Notes under the pieces: model-generated
The model's database searches: none
What the model was told of the DNA's origin: nothing
The model's input: the letters and a program-made list of their open reading frames with translations, nothing else
From: Dehalococcoidia bacterium
Lineage (GTDB): Bacteria; Chloroflexota; Dehalococcoidia; Lucifugimonadales; UBA3495
Reading direction: 5' to 3'
Length of the DNA stretch: 64,000 nucleotides
Assembly: GCA_965261925.1 (NCBI GenBank)
Contig: OZ253486.1
Location: 1,030,134-1,094,133 of the forward strand
In this document: positions 16,692 through 25,032 of the stretch, in pieces
Position numbering within the stretch: position 1 is the first letter of the stretch
How the letters are laid out: the number at the start of each line of letters is the position of its first letter
Made by a program: the position numbers and the translations under genes

Positions 16692-18032
16692 CTACAGCAA
16701 CGGCAGGTAACGTGAAATCTCGTAGTCGGTGACCGTGGAGCGGTATTGCTCCCACTCCTGCTTCTTGTTGCGGATCAGCGTTTCGTAAACGAAATCGCCG
16801 AGGGTTTCGCGCAGGAGTTCGCTGTTTTCCGCCAGTGTTATGGCCTCGCCCATGCTGGTGGGCAGGCGTCCGATGCCACGCGCGGTCCGCTCCTCGGCGG
16901 ACATGGACGCGACGTCGCTCGTGATGGGCGAGGGCACCGGGTATTCGTCCTCAATGCCCTTCAGTCCGGCGGCCAGCAGTGCGCTGAACGCCAGGTACGG
17001 ATTGCAGGCCGGATCCGGGGCGCGGTACTCGACGCGCAGCGAGGTTTCGTAGCCGGCCTTGTACGACGGAACCCGTATCAAATCCAGGCGGCTGGACATG
17101 GTCCAGGACACGTGCACGGGCGCTTCGTAGCCGGGCACCAGCCGCTTGTAGGAGTTCACCCACTGGTTGGTCACCAGGGTGATTTCCGGCGCGTGCCGCA
17201 GCAGGCCGGCGATGAACCGCTTGCCGATCACCGAAAGATGGAGGTCGTCGTCCGGGTCGTAAAAGGCGTTGCTGTTGCCCCGGAACAGCGACTGGTGGGT
17301 GTGCATGCCGCTGCCGTTGGAGGTGGAAAAGGGCTTGGGCATGAATGAGGCGTAGACGCCCTGTTGTTGGGCCAGTTCCTTGATGACCATGCGGGCGGTC
17401 ATTACGTTGTCGGCCATGGTCAGGGCGTCGGTGTACTGGAGATCAATCTCGTGCTGGCTGGGCGCGCCCTCGTGGTGGGAATACTTGACGGGGATGCCCA
17501 TTTCGGCGAGGTTGAGCACGGTGTCGCGTCGCAGGTCGGAAGCCGGGTGGCTGGAGAGCTGGTCGTAATACCCGTAGGTGTCCAGCGGTTCCGGGGTTTC
17601 GGCGTCCCGCAGGTAGAAGTATTCGAGCTCCGGGCCGACATAGTAGATGTACCCCAGGCTGGCCAGGCGCTCCAGGTTGCGCTTCAACACGTGGCGCGGA
17701 TCGCCGATGAACGGCTCTCCCCGCGGGGTGCGCACATCGCAGAAGATGCGGGCCACGGCGTTGCGCCGGGGCCGCCACGGCAGGAGCGTGAAGGTGGTCG
17801 GGTCCGGGAAAGCCCGCATGTCGCTTTCCGTGTCGGTGCTGTAACCCTCGATGGCCGCGCCGTCGAACCCGACGCCCAGCTCCAGCGCGTCCTCCAGGTC
17901 GTCCACGGTGATGGCGAATCCCTTGAGGTTGCCGAGGATATCGGTGAACCACAGGCGAATGAATTTGACGTCGAAGTCACGAGCGCTGCGGAGCACGTAC
18001 TCGCGTTCGGCGGCGTGGTGGTCAGTCAACAC
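16692..18032 (-). CDS. glnA: glutamine synthetase, type I
   Basis: 446 aa; ...VKFIRLWFTDILGNLKGF..., ...GPELEYF..., ...MPKPF...NGSGMHTHQSLF..., ...NSYKRLVPGYEAP... GTG start behind an AGGAGA RBS. Confidence 0.93.
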   Translation of the reverse strand: MLTDHHAAEREYVLRSARDFDVKFIRLWFTDILGNLKGFAITVDDLEDALELGVGFDGAAIEGYSTDTESDMRAFPDPTTFTLLPWRPRRNAVARIFCDVRTPRGEPFIGDPRHVLKRNLERLASLGYIYYVGPELEYFYLRDAETPEPLDTYGYYDQLSSHPASDLRRDTVLNLAEMGIPVKYSHHEGAPSQHEIDLQYTDALTMADNVMTARMVIKELAQQQGVYASFMPKPFSTSNGSGMHTHQSLFRGNSNAFYDPDDDLHLSVIGKRFIAGLLRHAPEITLVTNQWVNSYKRLVPGYEAPVHVSWTMSSRLDLIRVPSYKAGYETSLRVEYRAPDPACNPYLAFSALLAAGLKGIEDEYPVPSPITSDVASMSAEERTARGIGRLPTSMGEAITLAENSELLRETLGDFVYETLIRNKKQEWEQYRSTVTDYEISRYLPLL

Positions 18033-18097
18033 GGGAGATCTCCTGAAGCAATGGGTTCACGTCGCGCCATCGCGCTCTGGGCGTCATTGTACCAGTA

Positions 18098-18119
18098 GGG
18101 GCGGGTCGCCACCCGCCCC
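18098..18119 (-). terminator. GGGGCGGG hairpin (terminator-like) between the GS fragment and the glnA promoter region
   Basis: ggggcgggtcgccacccgcccc is a 8-bp G/C stem with no U-tract. On the minus strand it is followed by tactggTACAATgac, a possible glnA -10. Confidence 0.4.
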
Positions 18120-18153
18120 GTAATTTGGTCTGCTGCGACCAACAGGTCCGCGA

Positions 18154-18276
18154 CTAGGCGTCGAGGTACTTGAAGAATTCGATGGTATGCGGCCGCCGGC
18201 GCAGGTCGGTGAACCGCAGGTCGATGATCCCGATGTCATTTGACTTACAAAATTCGATGACTTCTGTCGGGGTCAT
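18154..18276 (-). pseudogene. 40-codon ORF equal to the N-terminal beta-grasp start of a type I glutamine synthetase (fragment or micro-ORF)
   Basis: Own translation: MTPTEVIEFCKSNDIGIIDLRFTDLRRRPHTIEFFKYLDA*. Compare the E. coli GlnA N-terminus ...[32 protein letters not shown]. Too short for the ORF track. Confidence 0.6.
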
Positions 18277-18354
18277 GGTGGGTCCCCCTTTGGGACCAAT
18301 TGTGGCGCGGGTTAGCGTCAATCGTCGGCGGTTGCCGACCGGGAGTACGGCCGC

Positions 18355-19572
18355 CTAGTTCATTCCCTCCCCGTGCTGCGTCAGGTCAATGCCGGTCTCC
18401 TCTTCCTGGTCGGTGATACGCAGGCCGATGGTGTACTTCAGGGCCAGCAGGATGATCGCGGAGACTACGAAGGACCAGCCGAAGGCGGCGCCGATGCCGA
18501 TAATCTGGTAGAAAATTTGCTCAAGCCGTGATACGTCCGCTTCCAGCGCGCCGAACCCGATGCCGACGAAAATTCCGGTGGCCAGCGCGCCCCACATCCC
18601 GCCGATCCCGTGGATGCCGAACACGTCCAGCGAGTCGTCGACGCGGAACTTGTGCATCAGCTCAACCGCGATGAAGCAGGCCCCGCCAGCGCCGGCGCCG
18701 ATGATGATCGCCGGCATGACGCCGACAAAGCCGGCGGCCGGGGTGATGGCGACGAGACCGGCCACCGCGCCGGCCGCAGCTCCGCTGGCCGACGGACGCT
18801 TGGTGATGAACCAGGAGATGATGGACCACGAGGACATGGCGGTGGCCGCCGCAACGTTGGTCACAACAAAGGCGTTGGCGGCGCTTGCGGTGCTGAGGTC
18901 GAAGCTGCTGCCCGCGTTGAAGCCGAACCAGCCGAACCACAGCAGGCCCGCGCCGAGCAGTACCAGCGGGACGTTGCCGGGCGTGAGGTTCACCGTGCCG
19001 AACCCGGTGCGGCGTCCGACGATGAGCGCGGCGGCCAGGGCGGCCGTACCCGAGGCGATGTGCACCACGGTGCCGCCGGCGAAGTCAAGGGCAAAACCGG
19101 CTTCACTCATTCCCAGGATGCTGCCCAGATTGCCGAGCCAGCCGCCGCCCCAGACCCAGTGGCACAGCGGGGCGTACACAATGGTCACCCAAAGGGCGGC
19201 GAAGATGATGTATGACTTGAACTTGAACCGCTCGGCAAAGCCGCCGGCGATAAGGGCCACGGTGATGATGGCGAACATGCCCTGGAAGATCATGAATGCC
19301 TGTTCATCCGGCTCGACACCAATCATGCCGAACTTGGCGAGGTCGCCGACGAAACCCAGGCCGCCAACGCTGTCGCTGAAGGCCAGGCTGTATCCCCAAA
19401 GGACCCAGAGCACGCTGACCACTCCGATGGCTGTGACGGAGTGCATCATCGTCCCGATCACGTTCTTGTGGCGAACCAGGCCGCCGTAGAACAGCGCCAG
19501 GCCGGGCACCATAAGGAACACCAAAGCGGCTGAAATCAGGAAGGACAATACTTGCAGTTCGGTGAATTCCAT
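18355..19572 (-). CDS. amtB: ammonium transporter
   Basis: 405 aa Amt family: ...MVPGLALFYGGLVR..., ...DFAGGTVVHIASG..., ...VFGIHGIGGMWGA... Confidence 0.93.
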   Translation of the reverse strand: MEFTELQVLSFLISAALVFLMVPGLALFYGGLVRHKNVIGTMMHSVTAIGVVSVLWVLWGYSLAFSDSVGGLGFVGDLAKFGMIGVEPDEQAFMIFQGMFAIITVALIAGGFAERFKFKSYIIFAALWVTIVYAPLCHWVWGGGWLGNLGSILGMSEAGFALDFAGGTVVHIASGTAALAAALIVGRRTGFGTVNLTPGNVPLVLLGAGLLWFGWFGFNAGSSFDLSTASAANAFVVTNVAAATAMSSWSIISWFITKRPSASGAAAGAVAGLVAITPAAGFVGVMPAIIIGAGAGGACFIAVELMHKFRVDDSLDVFGIHGIGGMWGALATGIFVGIGFGALEADVSRLEQIFYQIIGIGAAFGWSFVVSAIILLALKYTIGLRITDQEEETGIDLTQHGEGMN

Positions 19573-19724
19573 GTCTTTTTCTCCCCACTATCAGCGGCCG
19601 GCACATGCATTTTTGCGGGGACACCGCCGCGGCCTGCCCGAAAGGGGGTGACCATACCGTCAACGGTGGTATTGGGATGCACTTGTCGGCGCAAAAATTT
19701 ACCGGGATAGTGTAGATTTCCAGT

Positions 19725-19762
19725 GTTACGGACTAATGACGGAAATGTTACAAAGTTGTTAC
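19725..19762. promoter_or_regulatory. four 5-nt boxes with 11-nt periodicity upstream of amtB (GlnR/OmpR-type-looking site)
   Basis: GTTAC-ggacta-ATGAC-ggaaat-GTTAC-aaagtt-GTTAC, 153-190 nt upstream of the amtB start codon. Confidence 0.35.
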
Positions 19763-19994
19763 GCCCAACCGGGACTTCGCCAGCCACCCCCCGGCCGAGT
19801 ATCCGCGCCACATCGCAGAGCGGGCTCTCACTGATAGGTGCTGTTCCACCGCGTGATCGTGGGCCGCGGCGGCGTCAAATGTTGAAGAGGCGCGTACACC
19901 GAGCAAGACGTTGCGGATGCTAAACCCGTGATCCGATCCAAACCCATAGGTGCTCAGGTGGGTTTGATCCCAAAGCCGTCTCCGCCGCCCAAGC

Positions 19995-20118
19995 CTACCC
20001 ACTTCGTCATGTCACGCGTACCCACTTCGTCATCGCGAGGAGCGGAGCGACGCGGCGATCTCGTTGACTAAAGACACGCTGTTCTCCCAACGAGATTGCC
20101 ACGCTGCGCTCGCAGAGG
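19995..20118. repeat. REP/MITE-like repeat cluster (inverted pair)
   Basis: ctacccacttcgtcat (19995) and gtacccacttcgtcatcgcgaggagcggagcgacgcggcgatctcg (20018-20063) face cgagattgccacgctgcgctcgcagagg (20091-20118). Confidence 0.8.
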
Positions 20119-20484
20119 CAGTTCGGCTGGTCGCGATGGCAGTTCCGCCAGACTGAGTACGCATGAGGACGGTCCCAGATTGGACACTGGTCCAGGCCAA
20201 ATATATTTTCGTTCGGCTGAATGTCCCGCCGGCGCAATCGACGGCGCTCGCCGTCTCATAAATTCGGTCCTCACTTCGTCCAACGCTACGAGGTTTCCTT
20301 CCTGCAGGTCACGAATACCCCGCCGCACGTCCGCCATTATCTCAGCATCGCCCATGATTTCCATGGTGTCGATGATGGACTGAAATAGATCCCACGGCAT
20401 CAGGGCGAGCACCGGCTTGCCCCGGCGCGTCAGCGCGACCGCCCGGTTGTCCTCCGCCAACAATTCCGGCAATTGGGTGAGCAT
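20068..20484 (-). CDS. Phd/YefM family antitoxin with an aberrant repeat-derived C-terminal tail
   Basis: MLTQLPELLAEDNRAVALTRRGKPVLALMPWDLFQSIIDTMEIMGDAEIMADVRRGIRDLQEG is a Phd/YefM domain of about 75 aa. The last 60 aa have no homology signal and read through the repeat (..RAQRGNLV..). Confidence 0.7.
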   Translation of the reverse strand: MLTQLPELLAEDNRAVALTRRGKPVLALMPWDLFQSIIDTMEIMGDAEIMADVRRGIRDLQEGNLVALDEVRTEFMRRRAPSIAPAGHSAERKYIWPGPVSNLGPSSCVLSLAELPSRPAELPLRAQRGNLVGRTACL

Positions 20485-20709
20485 CGCCCTTGCCTTGACG
20501 AGATGGGAATGTGTTCTGTGTCAGTTTCCCATGCCGACGCCATGATGCTCTCCTAATCCTGCGGCGGTTCCACCAAGCCCAACCTCAGCGCGAGTGCGTA
20601 GATGTCGTGACGATGGCCTTCGCGAGGGATGCCGACCGCAGGCGGCGGCAGGTGTCCATGCGCTGGGAGGATGGATACCCCCAGCACCCAACGTCCCGCC
20701 CCGCATGCG

Positions 20710-21837
20710 TCAGGAGTTCTCTGAGCCTTCTTGGTATCGCCGCGTCGTAGCCTGAAGTTGTATTGTGAAGTTCGAGATTTCCTGCACGCTGTCTATAGGG
20801 TACCGATTTTCAATCAGTGCGCCGCTGCCGGACCGCGTACCGTCGAACAGGCCGATATATTTTTGGGATCGGTTAAAGCGCAAGCGGCACAGCGGCCGCC
20901 GATTGTTGTCATCCCAGAGGATGGCGCAGTATTCTTGTGCGTCTCGGATGGTCACATGGTTTGCGTCAAACATTTCTCCGACAAGCTCTTTGACAATTTC
21001 GTAACCTTCCATTTCTTCGGGCGTTGGCTGATCACCGGAAGCCGCAATGTCGTCGTCCGCGGCAGCTTCTTCTGTAATTTGCGACTGATCCTCTGGTTCT
21101 TGCACTACCGGCGCTCGATGGGTTATTGATTCTGCTGCCCGCCCGGCACCGCTGATTATTTGGTCCCTTATGAACTCTTGGAAGGCGGTCTGGACCAAAG
21201 ACCTGAAATTCTCCCTGACCGACGAAATATAGTTGCCACCGGAATGCAATGGGCGGGCAAAGACATCTACAAAATCGTCGTCAGGATCTTCAAGCTGTGA
21301 AGCCAACCGGTCTCTGATCTTGTTGATGTATGTCAATTCAGAAGCCGCCTCCACCGCCTGCTTTAGATCTTTGCCCTTTGCAAATTTCTCCAACTGTTCA
21401 AGATCCCCGCTGTTGAGGGACTCGAGATTAAGAACCCAGAACGGATTCTCATCCATGATATTCGCCTTGTCTTGATCTGTGTAAAATTTGTAAACGATCC
21501 CGTTGGTCACTAGTCCAACGGAAGCGTCAGTTTGGTAGAAATACCTTGCAAGTTGTGGGGTTACGCCGTTCAAATCGTTGGAAACAGGTTTGCATTCAAC
21601 GATTACGACCGGTTGCCCGTCGGACATTAGTGCGTAATCGGCCTTCCACCCTTTGGCGTCTCCCCGCTCTGCATCGAACTCAGGCTCGACTTCGTCGAAG
21701 TTGGTAAAGTCGTAACCTAAAGCACTGAAGAATGGCAGCACCAAAGCAGTTTTGGTCGCTTCTTCATTACTACTCAACCTACTTTTCAACCCCGGTATGC
21801 GGCTGGCAAGGATATTTATATCTTCTGCGAATGGCAT
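20710..21837 (-). CDS. type I restriction enzyme HsdR N-terminal domain (PD-(D/E)XK) protein, standalone
   Basis: MPFAEDINILA...NEEATKTALVLPFFSALGY...KADYALMSDGQPVVIVECKPV...GLVTNGIVYKFY. ATG at 21837 behind a GAGGAG RBS. Visibly more A/T-rich than the neighbours. Confidence 0.75.
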   Translation of the reverse strand: MPFAEDINILASRIPGLKSRLSSNEEATKTALVLPFFSALGYDFTNFDEVEPEFDAERGDAKGWKADYALMSDGQPVVIVECKPVSNDLNGVTPQLARYFYQTDASVGLVTNGIVYKFYTDQDKANIMDENPFWVLNLESLNSGDLEQLEKFAKGKDLKQAVEAASELTYINKIRDRLASQLEDPDDDFVDVFARPLHSGGNYISSVRENFRSLVQTAFQEFIRDQIISGAGRAAESITHRAPVVQEPEDQSQITEEAAADDDIAASGDQPTPEEMEGYEIVKELVGEMFDANHVTIRDAQEYCAILWDDNNRRPLCRLRFNRSQKYIGLFDGTRSGSGALIENRYPIDSVQEISNFTIQLQATTRRYQEGSENS

Positions 21838-21861
21838 GACGAACTCCTCGATGTTTTGCAA

Positions 21862-22037
21862 CTAGGTCTCTAACCTGCGTCCAAGTCCCCGAACCATTAC
21901 CCTGATTTGGCAATCATACTTTTGCCGCGTGTGATCGGGAGCACATGTTTGGGAACCAACCTGCTGGCACGGCAGACCGAGGATAGTTTGGCGGGTCAGA
22001 TTATATGGCTTTCCGACATTTGTGACGAGTCTGTTAG
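21862..22037 (-). pseudogene. possible MazF/PemK middle and C-terminal remnant, left of the IS block
   Basis: The frame ...NRLVTNVGKPYNLTRQTILGLPCQQVGSQ...DCQIRVMVRGLGRRLET* resembles E. coli MazF HRPAVVLSPFMYNNKTGMCLCVPCTTQSKG...DQVKSI. Its stop abuts the HsdR_N gene. The similarity is weak. Confidence 0.35.
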
Positions 22038-23492
22038 CTGGACTTTGCACAAAAGTTAGATGAATTATAAGAACAGGGTAAGCTGGCCGGACCCTCCTGG
22101 AAAAAGGCCAAGCGATGCTCACCCTGCCCAACGCGATTGTACCCGTACTCCATCCCTTCGCCATGCTGTTTCGCAGCCCGACCTGGCGGAAAGCCCAAAT
22201 CCTGTTGATCGGCGCGATACTGGCTCCCGGCCAACGCACCGTGGCATCGGCGCTCCGTGTCATGGGACTGAGCGACGACCGCAACTACGCCCGTTATCAT
22301 CAAGTGCTCAATCGGGCGGTGTGGTCGCCCCGCCAAGCGGCACGCATCCTGTTGGGACTGCTAATCCTCCACTTGGATCAAGGCGATGGTCCGTTGATCT
22401 TCGGCATCGACGAAACCCTGGAACGGCGCCGCGGTCCTAAAATCAAATCCTTGGGCATCTACCGCGATGCGGTGCGTTCCAGCCGGAGCCACCTGGTCAA
22501 GGCCAGCGGCCTGCGCTGGATCTCCCTGATGTGGCTGGGCCAGGTCCCCTGGGCGGGACGCTATTGGGCCTTGCCTTTTCTCACCGTGCTGGCGCCTTCG
22601 GAACGCTACTACCGGCAGCGCGGACGTCGCCACAAAAAACTCACCGACTGGGCTCGGCAGATGGTCATGCAACTGCGCCGCTGGCTGCCGCAGCGCCCCC
22701 TGGTGCTGGTGGGCGACGGCGGCTACGCCGTCCTCGACCTGCTCCACTGCTGCCAATCCCTCCGTGAACCCGTTACCCTCATCACCAGATTGCGCTTGGA
22801 CGCGGCCCTCTATGAACCGGCCCCGCCCCGTCAGCCCGGTCAGAACGGTCGGCCCCCGCTGAAAGGCCGACGGCTGCCCGCGCTGAAATCACTCGTCGAC
22901 CATCCCGGTCAGTCCTGGGCCACCGCCGCGGTAGCCTGGTACGACGGCACGACCCGTACGGTGGAGCTCACCTCGCAAACTGCGGTCTGGTATCGTTCGG
23001 GCAAGCCGCCGGTGCCCCTGCGCTGGGTCTTGGTTCGAGACCCCCAAGGCGAATTCGCCACACAGGCTCTGCTGTGCACTGACCTGGCCGTGGAACCGGC
23101 GCAGATTCTGGAATGGTTTGTGCTGCGCTGGCAACTGGAGGTCACCTTCCAGGAGGTGCGAGCGCATCTGGGTGTGGAGACCCAACGCCAGTGGTCGGAC
23201 CGCGCCATCGCCCGCACCACGCCAATCCTCATGGGCCTATTCTCCTGGACCACCCTGGCGGCTCACTTGATGCAGGAACAACAGCCCATGAGCCATCGCA
23301 CCGCGGCCTGGTACGCCAAGCCGTCGCCGACCTTCGTAGATGCCATCGCTCTGGCGCGCCGCCACTTGTGGCTGGCCTCCGAGGGTTTTTCACTGTCCGA
23401 CGCAGAACCGGATATATGGAAAGTCCCGGCTGTCCTGTACCACCGACTTGTAGATTCACTCGCCTACGCGGCTTGAAATGTGCAAAGCCTAG
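22038..23492 (+). mobile_element. IS element 1 (about 1.45 kb, IS4/IS701-superfamily DDE transposase)
   Basis: Imperfect terminal IRs CTGGACTTTGCACA (22038-22051) and TGTGCAAAGCCTAG (23479-23492) match 12/14. The same GTTAG pentamer lies just outside the block at 22033-22037 and 24954-24958. Confidence 0.6.
22115..23476 (+). CDS. DDE transposase of IS element 1 (453 aa)
   Basis: ...FRSPTWRKAQILLIGAILAPGQRTVASALRVMGL...YHQVLNRAVWS...LIFGIDETLERR...LVGDGGYAV... is typical of an IS4/IS701-like transposase. The exact family is not resolved. Confidence 0.8.
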   Translation: MLTLPNAIVPVLHPFAMLFRSPTWRKAQILLIGAILAPGQRTVASALRVMGLSDDRNYARYHQVLNRAVWSPRQAARILLGLLILHLDQGDGPLIFGIDETLERRRGPKIKSLGIYRDAVRSSRSHLVKASGLRWISLMWLGQVPWAGRYWALPFLTVLAPSERYYRQRGRRHKKLTDWARQMVMQLRRWLPQRPLVLVGDGGYAVLDLLHCCQSLREPVTLITRLRLDAALYEPAPPRQPGQNGRPPLKGRRLPALKSLVDHPGQSWATAAVAWYDGTTRTVELTSQTAVWYRSGKPPVPLRWVLVRDPQGEFATQALLCTDLAVEPAQILEWFVLRWQLEVTFQEVRAHLGVETQRQWSDRAIARTTPILMGLFSWTTLAAHLMQEQQPMSHRTAAWYAKPSPTFVDAIALARRHLWLASEGFSLSDAEPDIWKVPAVLYHRLVDSLAYAA

Positions 23493-24949
23493 TATTACAA
23501 CGACGGGTTATGTGGTAGGATTTCACGGCGCAGTCGGAGGCTACGGGAGGTGAGGTGGGGCGATGGACGCGGCAGCTTTGGACCGAGTGTACGAGGCCTT
23601 CCAGGATTTTCACGACTACTGTGCGCCGGTTTTCGGTCGCAAGCAGTGGCGGGAGCGTAGTGGGCAATACCTGCAAGCCCTGCTGGTGCAGTCCCAGGAG
23701 CGGCGCAATGCGGAAAACCTGTCAGAGACGGTTACAGCGTCGCCGCGTGTGCTGCAGCGTTTTCTTACCGAAGCCCGCTGGGATGACGACGCGGTCATCG
23801 GCCGGCTGCAGGAGTATCTGGGTTCTCGGTTGGAGCATCCGCAGGCGGTGTGGGTGTTGGACGGCAGCGACTTTCCCAAGCAGGGGATGAAGTCGGCGGG
23901 AGTCGCTCGGCAGTACTGTGGAGCATTGGGGAAGATTGCCAACTGCCAGGCTGGGGTGTTCTTGGCCCACGTGGGGCCCCGGGGCCGGGCGCTGGTGGAC
24001 AAGAGGCTGTATCTGCCCCAGGAATGGACTGGGGATGGGGAGCGTTGTGCGATGGCGGGGGTGCCGGCGAACCGGCGGGAGTACCAAAGCAAGACGGAGT
24101 TGGCCATGGATATGCTGGAGTGTGCCCAGGCCAGAGGCCACCTCAGCGCACAGTGGGTGGCTGGCGATTCCGCTTTCGGGATGTCGCCGACGCTGCGGGA
24201 GGGCCTGGCGTCTGCGGGAATGTACTACGTTTTGGACGTGCGTCCGGATATGACGGTGTGGCCGCTGGAACCCACTTGGACCGATCCGCCTTACCAGGGT
24301 AACGGGCGTCCCCGCAAACCCAGACCGCGGCGTGAGGAGCGGCGGACCATGTCGGAGCGCAGTACGGCGCTGCCGCCGGATGCCTGGCGAGAGCTAACCA
24401 TTGCGGCGGGCAGCCAGGGACCACGCACCTACCTATTCAGCGCCCAGCGGGTGCGGGTAACGCGCCGACGCAAGCCCGGCGAAATCCTCTGGGCCATCTA
24501 TCGCCAGAACCGCGACGGCAGCGAGCCCCGCTACTATCTATCCAACACTCCGGAGGACACGCCTCTGGAAACCCTGGCCTATGTGGGCGGCTCCCGCTGG
24601 CGCATTGAAACCGAGTTCGAGACCGAGAAGAGCGACGTGGGCCTCGATGAGTACGAAACTCGCACCTGGACCGGCTGGCATCACCACATCACCATGTGTC
24701 TGCTGGCCGGCGCCTTTCTACTGACCTTACAACAGGACTGGGGGGAAAAAGATGCCCCTGATCACCCGGCCCCAGGTGTACCGAGTGGTGCGTGAGCTTT
24801 TGCCGCGGGAGCGGTTCGGGCCGGAGGAGTTGCTGCTATGGCTAGATGGTGTCCAGCAACGCAACGAGCGAGCCAGACAGTCCCATGAGAAACGCCGCGC
24901 CGCTGGCCAGACATCCACCAGCATCCCTCCTTAACCCGTCGTTGTAATA
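23493..24949 (+). mobile_element. IS element 2, IS701 family, inserted at the terminal CTAG of IS element 1
   Basis: Perfect 18-bp IRs tattacaacgacgggtta (23493-23510) and taacccgtcgttgtaata (24932-24949). They are flanked by CTAG on both sides (23489-23492 and 24950-24953), consistent with a 4-bp YTAR target duplication. Confidence 0.8.
23563..24934 (+). pseudogene. IS701 family transposase, split by a frameshift at a G6A5 tract
   Basis: ORF 23563..24795 (...RFLTEARWDDDAV...VLDGSDFPKQG..SAGVARQYCG.LGK..NCQ...) ends shortly after ctgGGGGGGAAAAAgatg (24740-24750). The expected C-terminus (KKMPLITRPQVYRVVRELL...WLDGVQQRNERARQSHEKRR) continues in the +1 frame to 24934. Confidence 0.75.
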
Positions 24950-24954
24950 CTAGG

Positions 24955-25032
24955 TTAGTGTCCGCTTTGTGGATCGAAGTTTATCCAAACGACGTCACCC
25001 CGCTCGGGGACGTCAGGGTAGGATGTCACCAT
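24955..25032 (-). pseudogene. mazF: mazF/pemK toxin 5' fragment (25 codons) ending at the IS junction
   Basis: Own translation: MVTSYPDVPERGDVVWINFDPQSGH*. It matches the MazF N-terminal consensus (P..GD..WVDFDP..G). Its ATG overlaps the mazE stop (ATGGTGA). Confidence 0.7.

Noticed and set aside
20007-20237. 76-aa ORF as the toxin partner of the Phd antitoxin
   Set aside because: It shows no RelE/ParE/YoeB/Doc-like pattern. It overlaps the antitoxin frame and reads through the REP-like repeat.
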